Shown here piece by piece: positions 28,374-41,792 of a DNA stretch of 64,000 nt. The notes beneath the pieces were generated by a model that saw only the letters and a program-made list of their open reading frames with translations, was not told the DNA's origin and did no database searches. The DNA comes from Octopus vulgaris (Eukaryota), in NCBI GenBank assembly GCA_951406725.2, contig OX597815.1, positions 46,562,001 to 46,626,000 of the forward strand, read 5' to 3'. Both the position numbers and the translations under genes were made by a program. Numbering within the stretch: position 1 is the first letter of the stretch; the number at the start of each line of letters is the position of its first letter.

Positions 28374-28679
28374 GTGGAGGCGCAATGGCCTAGTGGTTAG
28401 GGCAGCGGACTCGCGGTCGGAGGATCGCAGTTTCGATTCCCAGACCAGGCGTTGTGTGTTTATTGAGCGAAAACACCTAAAGAGGCTCCACGAGGCTCCA
28501 GCTGGGGGTGGTGGCGACCCCTGTTGTACTCTTTCGTCACAACTTTCTCTCACTCTCTCTTCCTGTTTCTTGAGTAAAGCTGCGATGGACTGGCGTCCCG
28601 TCCTGCTGGGGGGAACACATACGCCACAGAAACCGGGAAACCGGGCCCATGAGCCTGGCTAGGCTTGAAAAGGGTAACG
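28374..28679 (+). mobile_element. tRNA-derived SINE (ggaggcgcaatggcctagtggttag family)
   Basis: A box tggcctagtgg and B box gtttcgattcc. A close paralogue lies at 48966-49280. Confidence 0.88.
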
Positions 28680-28684
28680 TTTTT

Positions 28685-30148
28685 ATGTCAATATTAAGTT
28701 ATATTTCAAGATTTCTGGCCAATAGAGAAAGAACTGATTTCTAACCTAGATCCAAGGCTCCTTCATTGGAATTTCAGTATCAACAACAAGGTATTTTTGT
28801 ATGTATGTATATGTGCAGATTTCTATGTTTGCAGATTTGTATGTATTCTCATGCTTATACTTGTATATCTAGACATGCTCATATATATTTAAATGATAAA
28901 CTTCTGGCAAGTTTTACAGATCTTTACAGTTCCAGTGATGGATTGGATCTGTAGTCTTCGAATCAGCTTTCTCCTTTCTGGTTTTGAGAAGCCTAATTTC
29001 TCAAGATTTAGGCAGTGTGTTACATATCCCAGGACACCAATAATTACATGTATGTATGTATGTATGTTTGTATGTATGTATGTATGTATGTATGTATGTA
29101 TGTATGTATGTATGTATGTATGCATGCATGCATGCATGTATGTATGTGTGTATGTATGTATGTATGTATGTATGTATGTATGTATATACGTACGTACGTA
29201 TGTGTGTATATATGTGTGTATTTATTTAAGTAATGAACTATAGATTTCCTATATAATTCAGAGTTAGCACTGTAAGTTCCGAAATTTCGTATAAAAATGA
29301 GAATATCGCACTGCTAACACTAAACGTATGACAGGGTTAACTTGTAAACCTTTAATATACTACGTTGTATATTATGGTTGCAAAACGACAAAACGAAATA
29401 CTGTGTCCTTACTAGCAATTAATATATTAAAGGTTTACAAGTTAACCCTGTCATACGTTTAGTGTTAGCAGTGCGATATTCTCATTTTTATACGAAATTT
29501 CGGAACTTACAGTGCTAACTCTGAATTATATAGGAAATCTATAGTTCATTACTTAAATAAATACACACATATATACACACATACGTACTACGTATATACA
29601 TACATACATACATACATACATACACACATACATACATACATACATACATACATACATACATACATACATACATACATACATACATACATACATACATACA
29701 TACATACATACATACATACATACATACATACATACATACATACATACATACATACATACAAACATACATACATACATACATACATGTAATTATTGGTGTC
29801 CTGGGATATGTAACACACTGCCTAAATCTTGAGAAATTAGGCTTCTCAAAACCAGAAAGGAGAAAGCTGATTCGAAGACTACAGATCCAATCCATCACTG
29901 GAACTGTAAAGATCTGTAAAACTTGCCAGAAGTTTATCATTTAAATATATATGAGCATGTCTAGATATACAAGTATAAGCATGAGAATACATACAAATCT
30001 GCAAACATAGAAATCTGCACATATACATACATACAAAAATACCTTGTTGTTGATACTGAAATTCCAATGAAGGAGCCTTGGATCTAGGTTAGAAATCAGT
30101 TCTTTCTCTATTGGCCAGAAATCTTGAAATATAACTTAATATTGACAT
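28685..30148. repeat. long inverted duplication (arms 28685-29359 and 29423-30148, 63-bp spacer)
   Basis: The arms are reverse complements and differ mainly within the (TATG)n tract. The ORF track shows identical peptides on opposite strands (28766+/30067-, 28893+/29940-). Confidence 0.95.
29787..30148 (+). mobile_element. RLE non-LTR retrotransposon 3' end (mirror copy at 28685-29046 minus)
   Basis: Encodes IIGVLGYVTHCLNLEKLGFSKPERRKLIRRLQIQSITGTVKICK, similar to R4/CRE-type C-termini. Its 5' junction is in (CATA)n. Confidence 0.6.
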
Positions 30149-30447
30149 GAAGGTGATCAATCTTATACCCACGGATACTATGGATTACACTGTAATCATC
30201 TCAGGAATACGGACTGTGATCATAAGAGACATGTGATTTGTGGAAACGCGCGTAAGGATGCATTCAATGTTTATAAATTCTCATTTTTAAGTGATAATCA
30301 GTTGCTAGTTGTTGCACTTCAAATATGCATATACGTAAATTACCTATTTTTTCTTTGATCGCATTGTTTACAAAGGTGTATTCGTTTACGAAATATCGTA
30401 ACTTACAGTGCTAACTCTGAATTGTTGTCATTATTACAATAATTATC

Positions 30448-30484
<37 letters not shown>

Positions 30485-30537
30485 AAAACACATTTATGTA
30501 TGCACATATATATATATATATATGTGCGTATACATAC

Positions 30538-30610
<73 letters not shown>

Positions 30611-30686
30611 CATATGTATATATATATGTCTATATATATATAGACATATATATATACGTCTATATATATATGTATGTATACATATA

Positions 30687-30747
<61 letters not shown>

Positions 30748-31461
30748 ACACATACACTGATATACATTTATACGTACATGCACACACACACACACACACA
30801 CATACACACAAACACACACACACGCACACATACACACACAAACACACACTCGTATTGTAGGTTAGCTGCCGGATAAGAAATCACTGAATTGAAAATATTT
30901 CAATAAACGATTATACGTTCTATTACAACTATTCAATATGTAGTTTTTCTCTAAAGGTAGGTGAAATTGTGTGTGTGTGTTTGTGTGTGTGTGTCTGTGT
31001 GTGTGTGTGAATTTGTGTGATTGTGTCTGTGGGTGGCCGAAAAGTATGAATGTGTGTGTGTGTTTGTGTTATTGCGTAGTTGTGTCACTATACGGGTGTG
31101 TATGCCTACGGGATAGTTCCTGAGAAAATAAGTGCGGGTTCTTTGTGTATGTGCAAGTGCATGCATGATTATATTAGTGCGTACGTGCTCAAGTGTGTAT
31201 GGAAGACGGTGGGAAAGAAAGGAATATGACGATATATATATATTCATGATTATATTGTTATACTTGGGGACGATGATGTTTTGAAAATTAAACACACGCA
31301 CTATATATCTAGTCATAACTTCAGCTTTATTATTATTATTTTTATTTTCTTTGTTGAATTTCTTTCGTCACACATCCCGACGCCTCTTCAGTGACTATCT
31401 ATCCCACATCTCTCCTCTTGCGTTGTTTATTCATAAAATTCATAAACGTGTGTGTGCGTGC

Positions 31462-31501
<40 letters not shown>

Positions 31502-31656
31502 AATAAAACATATGCATATATATATACATATATGTACGTACCTACCTCTACATGTATATATACACGCATATATGAGTACAGGACACCAAAGTTCATAGAA
31601 TTCAAAACATGTCTGGTAAGTTCACCGTCATCAATTCACCACATATATATATATAA

Positions 31657-31728
<72 letters not shown>

Positions 31729-31946
31729 TGAGTGAGAGAGGGCAATAAGAAAACGGAGGGGATCAATAGGTGTTTCATCAACTTTTAGACATTATATTAT
31801 GTCAACTTATTTATCTATTTACTAAAATGACAATTGCAAGAATATACATACATACATGTATAACATATACTTTACATATAAAAATATATTAATATATAAA
31901 GATACCAGTAATTATTAAAATATAACATACAGGAATATAAATGGGG

Positions 31947-32078
31947 AAAATAACTTACAGCTGTTTCAGCCAAGAGGCAAAAATACCTCATTCTACCTTT
32001 ATTCCTCCTGTAGACTGAAGTAATAAGTAGATGAAATGGAGGTACTTGGGTGATACTCTAGGCTTCGTCAGAGATTTT
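31947..32078 (-). ncRNA. type I hammerhead ribozyme motif with ~95-nt stem II
   Basis: Minus strand reads aaaatct-CTGACGA-AGCCTAGAG...CTCTTGGCT-GAAA-CAGCTG-TA-agttatttt, with a palindromic stem III and GUA site. Confidence 0.7.
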
Positions 32079-32419
32079 ATAAAGTACATAAGGTTAAGTT
32101 ATAAATAAATATAAATATAAAATCAATATAAAATACACACACATTTAAATACTTATACATATACATATACAAATGCATACATATATAAATATACATAAAT
32201 ACTTATATATACACTTAAATGTACATACATATTTGCATTTATAAGCATACACAATAATCAATCATTATTAATAATATTAGATGCATTATATTATTTATAT
32301 TAGATAAAATATAATCAGAGGTATGACAAAGTTATAAGAATAGTAATTTTGCAATCTATAAAATCCATATATCTTAACTTTCAATTACGTCAGAACGAAA
32401 CTGCAAGCACATGAGTAAC

Positions 32420-32450
<31 letters not shown>

Positions 32451-32468
32451 TGTATGTATGTATGTATG

Positions 32469-32508
<40 letters not shown>

Positions 32509-32959
32509 CATACATACATACACACACATACACACACACACACACAAAATATATATACATACATATATATTTTTCCATTCAAACATACTTACATGTACAT
32601 ACGTATTACATGTGTTTAGAAGGTAGGATGAGTGCATTAGTTTGCATCATAATAATTATAAATATAATTATAACGATAATACGCAGACTTATTTATATAT
32701 ACATATAGAAACGTGATATGTTTATTATTTCGTTATTTTTTTCTTTTTGCAGTAGTTTAAATCTTGCGGGAAGTGGGGAGGGGTTATTTTTGTTCAGTTA
32801 CTTAATCTAATTGGTCATCAATTATTTTGAATTGCTTTGTATCAGTTATGGTTGGTTAATTGATAACCGATGAAATAAAACAAATTATAAACAAAACAAA
32901 AAGTAGTTGAATTCATAGGTGAATTTATACATACATATATATCAAATATGAAATAGAAC

Positions 32960-33450
32960 CAGCACTAGTGTAATAAACATTATAATTATGGACCACATAT
33001 ATTAAACCTATGTGCTTCGTGTATTTGCCAGTAGACTGCGATTTGGCGCGGTGAAGAAAACGTTCTCAAAGCGTCGAGTATTAAAGTACCAGAAAGTTAT
33101 GGACCGGCAAGATAACTCACCTCCAATCCCTTTAGGACTAATATCGATGAACATTGATATTTAGCTATTTTGCTGTGCATATAAGTGGTGGACCGGCGAG
33201 GTGATTCTTCTCCGATCATGTTCGGCTACGTGATGTTGACAAGCTACAACTGGGGCGAAACATCGATTTCTATCACTCCTAGATGGGATGGGAAGTGAGT
33301 TATGTTTCCTGTCCATAACTTTCCGGTGTTCCTAACACCCGGCCGTTTGAGAAAGTTTCCTCCAACACGCTATATTGAGCCTACCGGCTTATACACGGGA
33401 TGTATACGTTAAATATATATGGTTGATAATGTTTATACACAAGCCTAGGC
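32960..33450. mobile_element. old fold-back/palindromic MITE (arms ~200 bp)
   Basis: Paired segments include accagaaagttatggac / gtccataactttccggt, ataactcacctccaatccc / gggatgggaagtgagttat and taaacattat / ataatgttta. Confidence 0.7.
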
Positions 33451-33539
33451 CAACTCAATATATTTAGTAGGATATTCTCTTCCTAACCCTAACCCTGACC
33501 CCACTCAATCAGCCGCAGGCAACATTTTAACATTAATGA

Positions 33540-34330
33540 GGTTGACTCCGCTGCCACCCAGACCCCGGCGGATTGTGTCTTCTATCCACTCGGGTTCTAT
33601 CCCGGGTGGCAGCCCACAGACCCAAGCTCTTGTTAATTTCTTTTCACAATATGTGGGGAGAAACAATCTTTTGCCCTTCTAAGGGCTGGCTCGCAAATTT
33701 GCGAGCCACCTCAGGGGTGTCAAATAGCAACTACACCGTTGCATACTTGACACCCGGTAGATATTCTGCCAACTCTTTTTCAATTTCAATTTGAGGGAAC
33801 GCTGTGATGGTGTCGAGTGACTTAGAATAAATCATCAACACCACCGTTCTCTCCTTTAGGTCTTTTAACCACTGCTTGGGGAGTACAATCTCCCACTCCA
33901 ACGCAGTGTTTGCCTTCTTTGCTATGCTTGTAGAAAAGAAAGTCCAAAAAATAGTTCAAACAAAACGTCCAAATAAAGTTCAAAAACACAAAGAAGAACA
34001 GAAAGACAGAGCAGAGAAAAAGAAAGAAGGAAGAAAGTTCAAGTCGTGGCAACACAATTCTGGCCACCCGGTAATCCTGGCCAACAGGTATTCCAAAAAA
34101 TGGTACTCCAAACAGGTACTCCAGGGTCACAGCAGCAGCAGGAACACACAAAAATCCTCCACAAATTGGTAGAATTTTCCAAAATTTCACAATTTTACAA
34201 GACACGCTCCCAAACAACAATTCTCATAGCTAAGTGAGACACTTAGCGCGACTGCAGGCAGACAAATGTCCGGGACTCAGTGAGGATTTTTTATTCCAAA
34301 AAAGAAAAACATCAAACAACAAAACCTCAC
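33540..34330 (-). pseudogene. decayed LINE 5' UTR/ORF1-like fragment
   Basis: Minus strand gives GVKYATV*LLFDTPEVARKFASQPLEGQK and RAWVCGLPPG, resembling RRM-type ORF1 of L1/Tx1 elements. It is interrupted. Confidence 0.35.
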
Positions 34331-34757
34331 TGAGTCCCCTCCCCAGAAAAACAGATGCTTACCTTATAGTCGCGCCTTCAATATTTCTTCAATTCAGGAC
34401 GGTTACAAAAATACTTCTTGACAGTATTCAAATTTGGAAGCAACTAACCAACGCATGCGCAAGCAAGCTACTTACCACACAGCCACTCCGACGCCTGTAT
34501 AAATTTTCTTCTTATATATTTATTTCCTTTTGCAAAATATTAAAACAACGGCAAAAAATTTTCTGAGGCAGCACCCCCGCTAGTTTTATCTACGAGCCGC
34601 CACTGAATATATATATACATGCTTATCAGGATTTTTCTTGTATTCACTCTTTACCCTGCGGATTTGGTCCCTGATAAAGTTTTCAGAATGTAAATTCAAA
34701 TCATCTGAGCACTACTGTTTTCTATATTGTGAATTTCTGGATCTCATCTGTTGACCC

Positions 34758-34817
<60 letters not shown>

Positions 34818-34925
34818 CATACACACACACACACACGCACATATATTATTTTATTCTTTTGTTTCAGTTACTTGATTGCAGCCATGCTGGAGCACCGCCT
34901 TTAGTCGAGAAGATCGACTCCAGGA

Positions 34926-35081
<156 letters not shown>

Positions 35082-35286
35082 ACATACACACGTCGGGAAT
35101 CCGCACAGTTTCCGTCTACAGAATTCAATCACCACGCATGTGATGACCATACCATCAACGTCTATGAGCATAAACCTTCCTCAATGAAGGCAACATCACC
35201 AACAGAAACACTCACAAGTGCGGGCGGGCACACACACACACACAACACATGTATATACATACATACATATATATATACATATATAC

Positions 35287-35355
<69 letters not shown>

Positions 35356-35719
35356 TACACGCACACATACACACACGCATACGCACACACGCACACATAC
35401 GTACACACACACCCAAACAGACGCAGACATTTATTTTCCAGTTAATTTTTAATATACTAATGATAGGATATGGAGACAATTAAAAGATAACTGGCACACG
35501 GAAAAGCCAAAATGATTAAATAAATAAATATATAAAATAAATAAAAATTGAAAAATAGAAAATAAAAATAAATAGAGAAAAAAAAAAATGAGGACCTAAA
35601 ATATACAGATGATACATAAAATGATTTATTTACATCGTTTGCAAATATAGGTCAGTTTAGTAATCCAGATAATGAAAAAAGAAAAATGCTTGGCTCGTCA
35701 TTTCACGAGTTCAAGTTTA

Positions 35720-36209
35720 CTGTTCATCGTCATCACCTTCAACAACGGCAGCAGCATCCCTATCATCTCTTCCACCACTGACATCATCATCAGCAACATC
35801 ATCATCATCATCATCATCTCTTTTTGTTTTTGTTTTTTTTTCTGTTTTTAGAGCCATGTCAATATTTGTCAGGATTAAAAATAACAGATTATCCATTTGA
35901 TTATCCGCTCTCGTTGAAGAAATCTACCAAAGGCCTTCTCCTCTACATCACCATCATCATCATCATCATCATCGTCGTCGTCGTCGCCGCCGCCGTCGTC
36001 GTAGCCGCCGCCGCCGTCGTCGTCGTCATCATCCTCACCTCTACCTCCACCATCAATAGCACTTTCCTCTTGCTTCTCCTCATCACCATCACCGTCAACA
36101 TCGTTATGATGATGATGATCATGATATCATCATCATCACCACCACCACTTCCACCAACAGCATCAAGATCGTCGTTGTCGTCGTCGTCATCATCACCATC
36201 ATCATCATC

Positions 36210-36280
<71 letters not shown>

Positions 36281-36864
36281 CATCATCATGATCATGATCA
36301 TGATCGTCATCATGATCATCATCATGATCATCATCATGATCATCATCATGATCATCATCATGATCATCATCATGATCATCATCATGATCATCATGATCAT
36401 CATGATCATCATGATCATCATGATCATGATCATCATCATCATCATCACTACCACCACCACAACCATATTTGAAAATACTACCTCAACCAACGACGACGCT
36501 GCCACCACTGCCGCGCCGCCCCGCCCCGCCTCCTCTGCCACTGCTCCACCGTTATCACCATCCTTATCGCTATTAAAACTACTATAGCCACTATCACCAT
36601 CATCATCCACAACAGCAGGATTACTGTCCTTATAACCACCGTTATTAAAAGCGAAAACCCAACATTATCATCGTAATAATCTCCGTTATTATTATCCGCC
36701 CTATTGTAACCGTCAGTACCACAACCACAGCCACCCCCACCATTATCCTTGCCCTCACTTCCACCGGCAGCAGCACCTCCTTTAACTATCCTCCACTTCC
36801 TCCTCACCATCATCATACCACCACCACCACCACCACCACCACCACCACCATCATCATCTTCCTA

Positions 36865-36925
<61 letters not shown>

Positions 36926-37303
36926 CCACCACCACCACCACTGCCACCAACATCATCGTCATCATGATAATCATAATCATCACCACCACCATTACCACCA
37001 CTACCACTACACCACCACCGCTACTATCATCACCGTTGTCGTCGTCGTCGTCGTCATTATCATCATCATCATCATCATCATCATCATCGTCACGAACAAG
37101 ATCGTCAGCCGCTCTCACTACAAATATAAAAAGCACTCGAACCAGCATCACCACTGCCATCATCATCAGCATGCTCACCACCACTTACACCATCGACAGC
37201 ACCTCTTCCAATCAACTTCCTCCTTCTCCTCCTCCTCACAACCACCGCCGCCGCCACAACCACCACCACCACCATCACCACCACCACCACCACCACCACC
37301 ACC

Positions 37304-37361
<58 letters not shown>

Positions 37362-37370
37362 CCATCGGCT
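35720..37370. repeat. compound trinucleotide low-complexity region (CAT/CAC/CGT/CGC)
   Basis: Mosaic of (CAT)n, (CAC)n and (GTC)n, with an ATCATCATG-type higher-order stretch at ~36280-36430. Confidence 0.9.
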
Positions 37371-37739
37371 CCATTTCTCCACCCAGACTCTACCCCAGTC
37401 ATTTCCACGCATATCTGCTCCCCCCCTCCCCACACTGTTTATCATTGAACGACCGTATTGATAGCGATATTTATATTTTCAAAAGTTGCCCATGAAAGAT
37501 AGATTCTAAATCGAAAGAATTATATTTATCTATCATCTCTTCATATCATTAGCTACATTATTTATCAAACTATTTATTTCTTCTTATTATCTTTGTTTCA
37601 CTATTTCAAACCAAATTTTTGTTTCGTAGTGGCGAGCGGGACAACATTATTTGATTATAAAGAATAAAGATAACGATTGGGAAAAAAATCGACTGGTATG
37701 GTTATCATTATTATTATTATTATTATCATTATTATTATT

Positions 37740-38226
37740 ATTATTCAGTAGTTTTATTTTTATTTTTATAGCGTGCTTTCACTTCACTACCGAGCACAGC
37801 TCTGTGTGCCTTGGGTATGTGCTGTGATTTGTTGTGATGCTCTGATGGTTATTGTATGGAAAGTGTTCTGCGTAGGATGTGTGCAGTGCCCAGTAGTGCA
37901 ATTTTCTGTATGTTATATGTGTTTGTAAGTCCTGGTGTTTTTGTTATGTATTTGTCTGAATATTTTTTTATCATGCCTAATGCACCTACTATGATAGGAA
38001 TTGTTTCTGTTTTCAGATTCCACATTCTAGTTACCTCTATTTCCAGGTCTTTGTATTTTGAGAGTTTCTCCATTTCTTTTAGAGACACGTTGTCATCTGC
38101 CGGTACTGATACATCAATTAGAAAGCATTGTCATCTGCCGGTACTGATACATCAATTAGAAAGCATGATACATCAATTAGAAAGCATGATACATCAATTA
38201 GAAAGCATGATACATCAATTAGAAAG

Positions 38227-38228
<2 letters not shown>
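37740..38228 (-). mobile_element. R4/Dong-clade (RLE) non-LTR retrotransposon, 5'-truncated, in (TAA)n
   Basis: Encodes CFLIDVSVPADDNVSLKEMEKLSKYKDLEIEVTRMWNLKTETIPIIVGALG..IQKIALLGTAHILRRTL. (ATT)n lies on both flanks. Confidence 0.85.
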
Positions 38229-38293
<65 letters not shown>

Positions 38294-38725
38294 GTTATTA
38301 TTATGGTTGTTGTTGTTTTCTTATTTTAATTTAGACTTATTTTTAACAATATTTTCTGGCCGATTGCACAAACAAATTTATTGAATATCATTTACCCATG
38401 TCAGACCTTTTTCACCCAACCTTAATGCTCAAATTGATTATTGTGCGCACACACGCACACACACACACACACACACATACACACACACACACACATACAC
38501 ACAGACGCATGCAAACATACATACACTCTTACACACAAGCGAATACCCACAGATTCATACACAAGCTTGTGTGTTCATGTGTGTATTTAAAGGGAAAATA
38601 AAGAAATGAATCCTCTTCAAAACACTGAACTACTTTTTATCACCATGACTTTTCAACATAACTCTTGATTACTCCGCCAACATTGTTCCTTGAAAATAGT
38701 CCCTCATATGCAATATCCGATTTCA

Positions 38726-38773
<48 letters not shown>

Positions 38774-39991
38774 TAGATGGAAAAAATAACGAGAGGAAAA
38801 TCTCTAAGTTTGGGTGTGTTATTAAAGATTAAAATTTTGTTCGAATTTTTTTCATGGACGTGTAGTCAAACTGTTTATGCAAACTATTTCTTGTTTTATT
38901 TTTTAACATGCCTGCAAACGATTGTCGTATATACCCTCGTTGATATTGAATAATGAAAATAGTAGACAACATTTATTCAGTGAGGATTAGATAGAATAAG
39001 ATTGTAGCCAAGAAATAATATATAAATATGTATGCACTAAATAAATAGATGAAAATTTGCTAAGATAAAAGCACTAAAATAGCCTCCTGAAATTTTATAG
39101 GGGAATGAATATAAATTCATTGAAACGTTTGTAATATGGCGACAAGATAATATTGATGTATTTCCTCACAATGAAAATTTCGAGAAGAATCCATGTAGAA
39201 GTAAAACTTTGGAAGAAAAGAAAGGATTGAATAAAAAAAAAACAAAAAAAGCAGAAAATATTGACAAAAATAGAAAGTAGAATTAAAAAATAAATAAAAT
39301 AATTAAAAAATAATAAAATGATAAGGCAAAACAAAGCGATATTGTTTCAGACATAACGTGAAAGTCTAACGGCATTTGTTAGTTAAAGAAGGAAACAAAG
39401 CTAGATATTTTTGTAAATTTGAAAGTTTCATGGAATTCTCACAACTAGCTTCTCATTATTATTTTTTGTTTTTGCTATTTCTTTAAAAAATTTTCAATTT
39501 TTTGACGTTTTTTTTCTTCTTTTTCCTTCATTCGAGAAAAAGAAGGAGATAATTTGTGGATTTTGTTCGCAACAACCTGAAGTGTCTGCGAAGTGGATTT
39601 ATTCGCTAAACATAACTTTCATTAGCAGTTGTATCCTTTTTATTTCTTGTTTTACACCCATGGGAAGATTGGCAGGAATATTATGTTTTCATTATTTTAG
39701 CCTCTAAAGAAAAGATAGCAAGTCCCCAGAATAGTTAGAGCCTCAGATAAAATACTTGCAATCTACTTTCCGGTATTTGCTCTAACTCTTTACGTACTCA
39801 GTTCAATCCTTCCCCGAAGTCAACTTTACTGTACATACTTCATCAAATGTAAACAAACAAACAAACAAACAAAAAAGAGAAAATTGCTAGATAAGTGGCT
39901 ATGTGGTAAGAGGTTTGCTTCCCATTTACATGGCGCCGGGTTCAGTCCTACAACGTGGCACCTTGGGCAAGTGTCTACCTCGGACGGACCA

Positions 39992-41243
39992 AGACATGCA
40001 GGAAGTAAATAGACACCTTTAATTTTCAAAATTTCTGATCTAATCGTCTTAATATGTTTTCAGCGGTGTAGAATTTACAATGTAAATATTCTTTTTCATT
40101 CCAGATGCCATTATATTAAACATTTGCGAAGAGTAACCATGCCACGCACAAAAAAAAAAAAAAAAAAAGTTCAGCAGAACTGTCAGATTTTCAAAGAGGT
40201 CGTATTGCTGGGCAATCTGAGGCTAGTCTTAGCCAGCGAAAAATTGCCGAAAATCTTCAAATTCCTCTTGCTACTGTTAATAGAATTATATTGCAATTCA
40301 AAAGCCAAGGAAAAGAATCAACAGATTCCCGTCCCGTCCGACCTGGGTGCCCGGAAAGGAAGCTTCGCTGTTTGAAGAGAATTGTGGAAAACGAACTCTG
40401 TTAGAAGGCTTCTGACATTACAAAACAGCTACGTTAGTCCAAGAATGTGTGTTACATATCTGCATAAGCTTGGGTATTATTGACGAGCAGCTAGAAGAAA
40501 ACCTCTCCTTCAGCCAATTAATATCATGAAAAGAAAGTTCATTTTGGGATAGAGTGATTTTCTCAGATGAATCTAGATTTGCATTATTTTCGGTAGCGGA
40601 CGTGTTTGGGTCTGGAGGCTTCCCAATCAAGAATTTGATTTGAAAAGACTCTGGCCAACTGTGAAACATGGCAGTATCTCTGTAATGGTATGGAGAGCTG
40701 TCGCCAGCAATGGTTGTTTTGAGCTGATGGAATGTGTTGGAACCATAAACTCTGAAAAATACTCCGAAGTACTTAAGCAAGGACTGCTTCCGTTGTATTC
40801 ACACGATAACATAACGAAAAATGACTTTTTATTCATAGAAGATGGTGCTCCATGCCGCACAACGAAAAGGAATCAACAATGGTTGACTAAAAACGGGATC
40901 AAAAAGCTTCTTTGGCTGAGCCAGTCTCCTGACATGAACTCAATTGAAAATCTTTGGAGCATACTAGATAGAGCTATACGAAAAACTTGACAGAAACCAA
41001 AATCTAAAGATGAATTGTTTCGATTGTTGCGTGAAAAGTGGACAGAAATTCCACTAGACACAATAACAAAGCTCATCAGTTCAATGCTGAAAAGAGTTTT
41101 TGAATTAAAAACTGCAAAGGGAATGTCAACTAAATACTAAAGTATGTAGTCCTACCTATCGATTACATTTCAGTTGTTCACTTGCGTATTAAATAAAAGA
41201 TTTTGAAAATTAAAGGTGTCTATTTACTTTCTGCATGTCTGTG
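39992..41243 (+). mobile_element. near full-length Tc1-like transposon, decayed transposase
   Basis: TIRs agacatgcaggaagtaaatagacacctttaattttcaaaat and its reverse complement at 41200-41240. Motifs VIFSDESRF, PTVKHG, FIEDGAPC and SQSPDMNSIENLW. Confidence 0.92.
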
Positions 41244-41354
41244 TACATAGCTGATTCAAATAAACAAGCAATTCAGATAAACGAATAAAAACGGACAACA
41301 TGAGGACGTGTGCATAAAAAATATATTAGCTTGGCGCTCGGTGAAAGGAGACAA

Positions 41355-41388
41355 TTTGACGTTTCGAACATAGCTCTTCGTCGGAAAC
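41355..41388 (-). ncRNA. minimal hammerhead-like motif, CCGANGA variant (family A)
   Basis: Minus strand reads GTTT-CCGACGA-A-GAGC-TAT-GTTC-GAAA-CG-TC-AAA (GUC site), within a unit at ~41280-41500. Confidence 0.6.
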
Positions 41389-41582
41389 GAGAAAGAGAAA
41401 AGTCGAAAGAAAAGGAAATCGCCAACGGCATACGTGTGGTTACATTGCTGAAGTGACCGGAAGTAGAAAGATAGAGAGAAAGTGGTTTTTTTGGAACAGG
41501 AGAATGTGAAGATAGTCAGTATGTGTGTGTGTGTGTGTAGTGTGAAGATGGTCAGTATGTGTGTGAAGTGTGAAAATAGTCA

Positions 41583-41620
<38 letters not shown>

Positions 41621-41738
41621 TAGCATCTGTGTGCATGGGTTTTGTGTTTGTATGAGTAATAAGTGTGTGCGTGTGGTGGTATCTGTGTGCTTGTGTTTTG
41701 GGGTTTGTGTGTGCATGTGCGTGTTTGTGTGTGTTTAT

Positions 41739-41792
<54 letters not shown>

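Noticed and set aside
28374-28450. tRNA gene
   Set aside because: It has A/B boxes but continues into a SINE body shared with 48966-49280, and has no proper acceptor stem or terminator. The same applies to the other SINE heads.
33876-34172. Lys-rich plus-strand ORF
   Set aside because: It is the antisense of a T-rich 5' region of a probable LINE remnant.
38090-38228. CRISPR-like direct repeats
   Set aside because: There are no unique spacers, the units are retrotransposon coding sequence, and the context is eukaryotic.
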